Positions 27,366 to 32,000 of a stretch of DNA of 32,000 nt are shown here, piece after piece. The notes beneath the pieces were generated by a model that was given only the letters and a program-made list of their open reading frames with translations, did no database searches and was not told the origin of the DNA. The translations under genes were made by a program, and so were the position numbers. The stretch comes from Raphidiopsis brookii D9 (GTDB taxonomy: Bacteria; Cyanobacteriota; Cyanobacteriia; Cyanobacteriales; Nostocaceae), in contig ACYB01000020.1 of assembly GCA_000175855.1 (NCBI GenBank), positions 1 through 32,000 of the forward strand, in the 5' to 3' direction. Numbering within the stretch: position 1 is the first letter of the stretch; each line of letters begins with the position of its first letter.

Positions 27366-29657
27366 ATGACCACCAGCACCATTGCTCCTGAGCAGGTTAA
27401 CCGCATAGTTTCCAATCAACACCATGATCCGTTCGAGGTACTAGGTTCACATCTTGTAGAACAAGAGGGTAAAAACATTTGGGCTGTACGTGCTTACCTA
27501 CCCAACGCCAGCGCAGTTTATGTAGTAGTTCCCCAAGAGCGTAAAGAATACGCCATGGAAAGGGTACATCATCCCCATTTTTTTGAATGCACTATTGAGA
27601 TCGAAGAACTTAATAACTACCAATTAAGAATTCAAGAAGGGGAACACGAGCGGGTAATTTATGATCCCTATGCTTTTCGTTCTCCCCGACTAACAAATTT
27701 TGATTTACATTTGTTTGGTGAGGGTAACCACCATCGCATTTATGAGAAATTGGGAGCGCACTTAACCGAAATAGATGGTATTAAGGGGGTCTATTTTGCC
27801 GTATGGGCACCTAGTGCTCGCAATGTTTCTCTCCTGGGGGATTTTAACCACTGGGATGGCCGTAAACACCAAATGCGCAAGGGACACACGGGAGTATGGG
27901 AATTATTTATTCCTGAATTGGGTCCTGGGGAACATTATAAATATGAAATCAAGAATTTTGACGGTCATATTTACGAAAAATCTGACCCCTACGGTTTTCA
28001 ACAGGAACCACGTCCGAAAACTGCATCTATTGTCACTGATTTGAATGCTTACCCCTGGGGTGATGAACAATGGATGGAGACAAGAAGAAACAGCGACCCT
28101 CTTGGGCAACCCATTTCCGTTTACGAAGTGCATTTGGGTTCTTGGTTACATGATGACAGTGCGAAACCAGCTAAGTTACCAGATGGAACAGAGGAACCAG
28201 TAGTTATTGCTTCTGAACTGAATCCAGGAGCGCGATTCCTTACCTACCGGGAGTTAGCAGCTAAACTGATTCCCTATGTGAAGGACTTGGGTTACACCCA
28301 CATAGAGTTATTACCTATTGCTGAACATCCATTTGATGGTTCCTGGGGTTATCAGGTTACTGGTTACTATGCTCCCACCTCCCGCTTTGGCACTCCCGGG
28401 GACTTTATGTATTTTGTTGACCAGTGTCATTTAAGTGGCATTGGTGTGCTTGTGGATTGGGTACCAGGTCATTTTCCTAAGGATGGTCATGGTTTAGCCT
28501 TCTTTGATGGTACTCATCTTTATGAACATGCTGATTCTCGTAAAGGTGAACATAAGGAATGGGGAACCTTGGTATTTAACTATTCCCGCAACGAGGTGAG
28601 AAATTTCCTAGTTGCTAATGCCTTGTTTTGGTTTGATAAGTACCACATTGATGGTATTAGGGTAGATGCTGTTGCTTCCATGCTTTATCTTGACTACTGT
28701 CGTAAAGATGGAGAATGGGTAGCAAATGAATATGGTGGTCGGGAAAACCTGGAAGCAGCTGATTTTCTCCGCCAAGTAAATTACAACATTTTTAGTCACT
28801 TCCCAGGGGTTCTATCTATTGCGGAGGAATCCACCTCTTGGCCCATGGTATCTTGGCCCACATACACTGGAGGTTTAGGTTTTAATCTCAAATGGAATAT
28901 GGGTTGGATGCACGACATGTTAGACTATTTCAGCATGGATCCCTGGTTCCGTCAATTCCACCAAAACAATGTCACTTTTAGCATGTGGTACAACCACAGT
29001 GAAAACTTTATGTTAGCACTGTCCCATGATGAAGTTGTCCATGGTAAGAGCAATATCATCGGTAAAATGCCCGGTGATAGATGGCAAAAGCTGGCCAATG
29101 TGCGCGCTTTATTTACGTATATGTTTGCACACCCTGGCAAGAAAACCATGTTTATGAGCATGGAGTTTGGTCAATGGAGTGAGTGGAATGTGTGGGCCGA
29201 TTTGGAGTGGGGTTTATTACAGTATGAACCTCATGAGCAGTTAAGAGGGTTCTTTAGGGAAATTAACAGTGTTTACCGTTCTGAACGTGCTTTATATAGT
29301 CAGGACTTTGCACAAGAGGGCTTTGAGTGGATTGACTGTAGTGATAATCGCCACAGTGTGGTTTCTTTTGTCCGTCGAGCTAAGGACTCGGATGAATTTG
29401 TAGTAGTAGTTTGCAACTTTACTCCCCAACCCCATTCCCACTATCGTATTGGTGTACCACAGAAGGGATTCTATACGGAACTATTTAATAGTGACGCACG
29501 TGAGTATGGTGGTAGCAATATGGGAAATTTAGGGGGTAAATGGACTGATGACTGGTCTTTACATAATCGTCCTTATTCTTTGGATTTGTGTTTACCACCC
29601 TTGGGGGTTTTAATTCTCAAGTTAGATAGAATCAAGACCTCTCAGTCCTTGGGTTAG
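27366..29657 (+). CDS. glgB: 1,4-alpha-glucan branching enzyme (GH13)
   Basis: The track ORF opens at TTG 27348. The ATG at 27366 gives [27 protein letters not shown], a typical cyanobacterial GlgB N-terminus. GH13 regions are [20 protein letters not shown] and [11 protein letters not shown]. Confidence 0.95.
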   Translation: MTTSTIAPEQVNRIVSNQHHDPFEVLGSHLVEQEGKNIWAVRAYLPNASAVYVVVPQERKEYAMERVHHPHFFECTIEIEELNNYQLRIQEGEHERVIYDPYAFRSPRLTNFDLHLFGEGNHHRIYEKLGAHLTEIDGIKGVYFAVWAPSARNVSLLGDFNHWDGRKHQMRKGHTGVWELFIPELGPGEHYKYEIKNFDGHIYEKSDPYGFQQEPRPKTASIVTDLNAYPWGDEQWMETRRNSDPLGQPISVYEVHLGSWLHDDSAKPAKLPDGTEEPVVIASELNPGARFLTYRELAAKLIPYVKDLGYTHIELLPIAEHPFDGSWGYQVTGYYAPTSRFGTPGDFMYFVDQCHLSGIGVLVDWVPGHFPKDGHGLAFFDGTHLYEHADSRKGEHKEWGTLVFNYSRNEVRNFLVANALFWFDKYHIDGIRVDAVASMLYLDYCRKDGEWVANEYGGRENLEAADFLRQVNYNIFSHFPGVLSIAEESTSWPMVSWPTYTGGLGFNLKWNMGWMHDMLDYFSMDPWFRQFHQNNVTFSMWYNHSENFMLALSHDEVVHGKSNIIGKMPGDRWQKLANVRALFTYMFAHPGKKTMFMSMEFGQWSEWNVWADLEWGLLQYEPHEQLRGFFREINSVYRSERALYSQDFAQEGFEWIDCSDNRHSVVSFVRRAKDSDEFVVVVCNFTPQPHSHYRIGVPQKGFYTELFNSDAREYGGSNMGNLGGKWTDDWSLHNRPYSLDLCLPPLGVLILKLDRIKTSQSLG

Positions 29658-29673
29658 AACTGGTTGATGCTAT

Positions 29674-29690
29674 GGGGGAACCATTCCCCC
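29674..29690. terminator. GC-rich hairpin between convergent glgB and sfsA
   Basis: GGGGGAA-cca-TTCCCCC is a perfect 7-bp stem with a 3-nt loop. It lies 17 nt after the glgB stop and 16 nt after the sfsA stop. There is no clear U-tract on either strand. Confidence 0.4.
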
Positions 29691-29705
29691 ACTTATATTC
29701 ATTAA

Positions 29706-30425
29706 TCAAATTTTTAATTCGGCTAAACCCAAATAACTAACCCCTTGAGGAGAAACATCAAATCTACACGGCAAAACTTCTAAACCTACTTTTATTGCTT
29801 GTCTTAGTAACTGACCATAGAGTGGATCCGCACTATCTCCAGGAGCAAATTTCACACAGTCCCCTCGATTGATAAAGTACAACATCACCGCCCGATTTTT
29901 GGGTAATACTTCCATTAATTCTCTTAGATGCTTTTGTCCTCTGGTGGTTTCTGTGTCAGGAAATAATGCTAAACTACCCTGACTCCAAGTAGTGTTTTTT
30001 ATTTCTAAGTAAATTGGCATCTCATTTCCTGTTAGGTAAAAGTCCACTCGGCTTCTTTTCTCTTTTCCATAGACCACCTCTCCTTTAATTTGCTTGTACT
30101 CTCCTAGTTGTGGAAAGAGCTGTTTTTCTAAAGCTAGTTTGATTATGTTATTGGGTAAGTTGGTGTTTACACCAACCCATGTTGGTCCTGAATTATCCAC
30201 TTGAATCAATTCCAAGGTATAGGCTAATTTGCGCTGGGGATTATCAGTTTTGGACAACTGCACAGCACTGCCAATTTGAGAAACTCCAGTCATGGGTCCG
30301 GTGTTGGCGCAGTGCGCTGTGACTATTTCTCCAGATTCTAGTTCCACATCCACAAAAAATCGCTTGTACCTTTTTAGTAATTTTCCACAATATAATTGGT
30401 TGTATTGATAAAGATAATTGTTCAT
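29706..30425 (-). CDS. sfsA: Sugar fermentation stimulation protein A homologue (SfsA family nuclease-like protein)
   Basis: 239-aa ORF. The segment GKLLKRYKRFFVDVELESGEIVTAHCANTGPM is typical of the SfsA N-terminus. Confidence 0.85.
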   Translation of the reverse strand: MNNYLYQYNQLYCGKLLKRYKRFFVDVELESGEIVTAHCANTGPMTGVSQIGSAVQLSKTDNPQRKLAYTLELIQVDNSGPTWVGVNTNLPNNIIKLALEKQLFPQLGEYKQIKGEVVYGKEKRSRVDFYLTGNEMPIYLEIKNTTWSQGSLALFPDTETTRGQKHLRELMEVLPKNRAVMLYFINRGDCVKFAPGDSADPLYGQLLRQAIKVGLEVLPCRFDVSPQGVSYLGLAELKI

Positions 30426-30464
30426 TGCAATATGTAGTTTATAAGTTCTGATGTTTTTGCGATG

Positions 30465-32000
30465 TTAGGGGGAAATCTCCCAAATATTAATCTTATTATC
30501 TTTTGTTCCACCCACCAAAGTTTTACCATCAGCACTTAAAACTAAGGATGTAACAATTTTAGTGGTTACCGGTAGGGCATAAATTTCTTCCTTTTTACTT
30601 ACATCCCATAATTTAATCATAGAAGAAATTTTATCAGAACAATCTAGGCAACTTTTGGCTCCACTAATCAGGGTTTTACCATCGGGACTGAAGATCACAG
30701 ATGTAACATTTTGTTTTTTACTGGCAAAAATCATCTCCTTATTCTTAATATCCCAAAACTTAATTTGGCGATCGCGACTGGTACTGACAAGTTTACTACT
30801 GTCCGGACTAAAAGTTAAAGATGTGACTGTTTGGGAAGTAGTATCTAATAGTGTGGTTGGTTTTTGCCCACTGGTTTGATTAATATTCCAGATTTTAATA
30901 GTCTTATCAAAACTTCCACTTGCTAGGGTGAACCCATCGGGACTAAGAGCTAAGGACCTAACCCAATAATTATGGTCTAGGAGAGTTTTTAAAAACTTTC
31001 CTGTTAATAGACTCCAAACTTTAATGGTTTTATCATCTCCCGCACTAACTAGAGTTTTGCTATCTTGACTAATAGCTAGTGCTTGAACTGAGTCCTGATG
31101 ACCAACTAGATTAAAAGTAAGTTTTTTTGTTTGTAAATTCCAAACTTTAATGGTTTTATCATCTCCCGCACTGACTAGGTTGTTGCCATCTGGACTAATG
31201 GCAAGAGCGTTGATATTTTGTGTATGTCCTGGTAGGGATATAATTTGTTTGCCTGTTTTGCTATTCCATAATTTAATTTCTTTGTGACCTGCACTGACAA
31301 TAGTATTACCATCTGGAGTAATAGCCACCACTGCTAGGGATTTATCTACTTGTGTTATGGTTTTGAATAAACTAACTTTGTTAGCTCTAATAGAGGAATT
31401 TCTCCTAGATATTTGTCCATACTTGGGACTGGTAGAAGATTTATTACTTGGCATTAATAAAGGCTTAAATTGAGAAAAAATGGCCGTTTGTATTTGACCT
31501 AAGTTCCTATATCCCAATCCCCCCACAACGGAAATTGTTACCAAAGTCAAAAATATATTTGGCAAAATAGTATCTTTAGATTTTTTATGTTTACCATTTT
31601 TAGGGTATATACCAGATTTTTCTGAACCGTAAATATTCTTTTTACTAAGGTCTTTTATAACTTCATCAGCAGATTGATAGCGATTTTTCAGATCTAGTTG
31701 TAATAGCTTATCTAAAATAATAATTAGCTCAACACTCCTAGAATTTTCTAGGCAATCCTGCCAATTCTTGACCCAACCATAACCATTTTCTATCCACAAT
31801 TGAAAGGGAGATAGACCAGTTAATAGATGAAAGCAAGTAGCACCCAAGCTAAATAAATCACTAGCTGGATAGGCTTTGCCATCTCTAATTTGCTCTATGG
31901 CAGAATAACCATGAGATCCAATAGAAGTACCATATTTTTTTTGAACTGCAGCTGTTAATCGTTTGGCAGAACCAAAGTCAATTAATATTAATCTTCCATC
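30465..32000 (-). CDS. Ser/Thr protein kinase with a C-terminal 7-bladed WD40 domain. It is 5'-partial and continues beyond the window.
   Basis: The frame stays open upstream of the track start. My translation of 31848-32000 gives DGRLILIDFGSAKRLTAAVQKKYGTSIGSHGYSAIEQIRDGKAYPASDLFSLG, which covers kinase subdomains VII-IX. There is one TM-like segment, followed by 7 WD repeats (…SAGDDKTIKVWN…). Confidence 0.85.
   Translation of the reverse strand, partial: DGRLILIDFGSAKRLTAAVQKKYGTSIGSHGYSAIEQIRDGKAYPASDLFSLGATCFHLLTGLSPFQLWIENGYGWVKNWQDCLENSRSVELIIILDKLLQLDLKNRYQSADEVIKDLSKKNIYGSEKSGIYPKNGKHKKSKDTILPNIFLTLVTISVVGGLGYRNLGQIQTAIFSQFKPLLMPSNKSSTSPKYGQISRRNSSIRANKVSLFKTITQVDKSLAVVAITPDGNTIVSAGHKEIKLWNSKTGKQIISLPGHTQNINALAISPDGNNLVSAGDDKTIKVWNLQTKKLTFNLVGHQDSVQALAISQDSKTLVSAGDDKTIKVWSLLTGKFLKTLLDHNYWVRSLALSPDGFTLASGSFDKTIKIWNINQTSGQKPTTLLDTTSQTVTSLTFSPDSSKLVSTSRDRQIKFWDIKNKEMIFASKKQNVTSVIFSPDGKTLISGAKSCLDCSDKISSMIKLWDVSKKEEIYALPVTTKIVTSLVLSADGKTLVGGTKDNKINIWEISP

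Noticed and set aside
27775-29161. ORFs inside or antisense to glgB (27775-28044+, 27903-28133-, 28608-28799-, 28952-29161-)
   Set aside because: They are embedded in the confidently identified GH13 branching-enzyme frame.

Overview
This is a cyanobacterial chromosomal segment. It is AT-rich, carries 13 copies of the HIP1 palindrome GCGATCGC, and its gene content looks Nostocales-like. The core genes are psaA-psaB (photosystem I), mtnA, a Tab2-family gene, glutaminase, recN, an FtsL-like gene plus ftsI, tRNA-Gly(UCC), glgB, sfsA, and a partial Ser/Thr kinase with WD40 repeats that runs off the right edge.

Three accessory or decaying regions stand out:

1. **258-4453 (minus strand).** A tight three-gene cassette encodes a winged-helix protein, a 646-aa P-loop NTPase, and a DUF1802-like + PD-(D/E)xK nuclease fusion. 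A strongly SD-preceded 16-codon hydrophobic micro-ORF follows it. I cannot assign the cassette to any named system, and it is my best candidate for an undescribed defence-type system.
2. **18641-22504.** A TPR-CHAT protein appears, by eye, to have both caspase-like catalytic residues substituted (His->Thr, Cys->Tyr). It is translationally coupled, with a 9-nt gap containing AGGAG, to a zinc-ribbon + DUF4145 protein.
3. **14186-16700.** A decayed locus holds an intact IS200/IS605 tnpA, a 5' remnant of tnpB abutting an N-terminally truncated histidine kinase, and a 40-codon response-regulator stump.

A secreted protein gene also ends in 5.1 copies of a 66-bp coding repeat, and a C6->C5 tract in copy 2 breaks its frame.

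All functional calls come from by-eye motif recognition. No searches were run.
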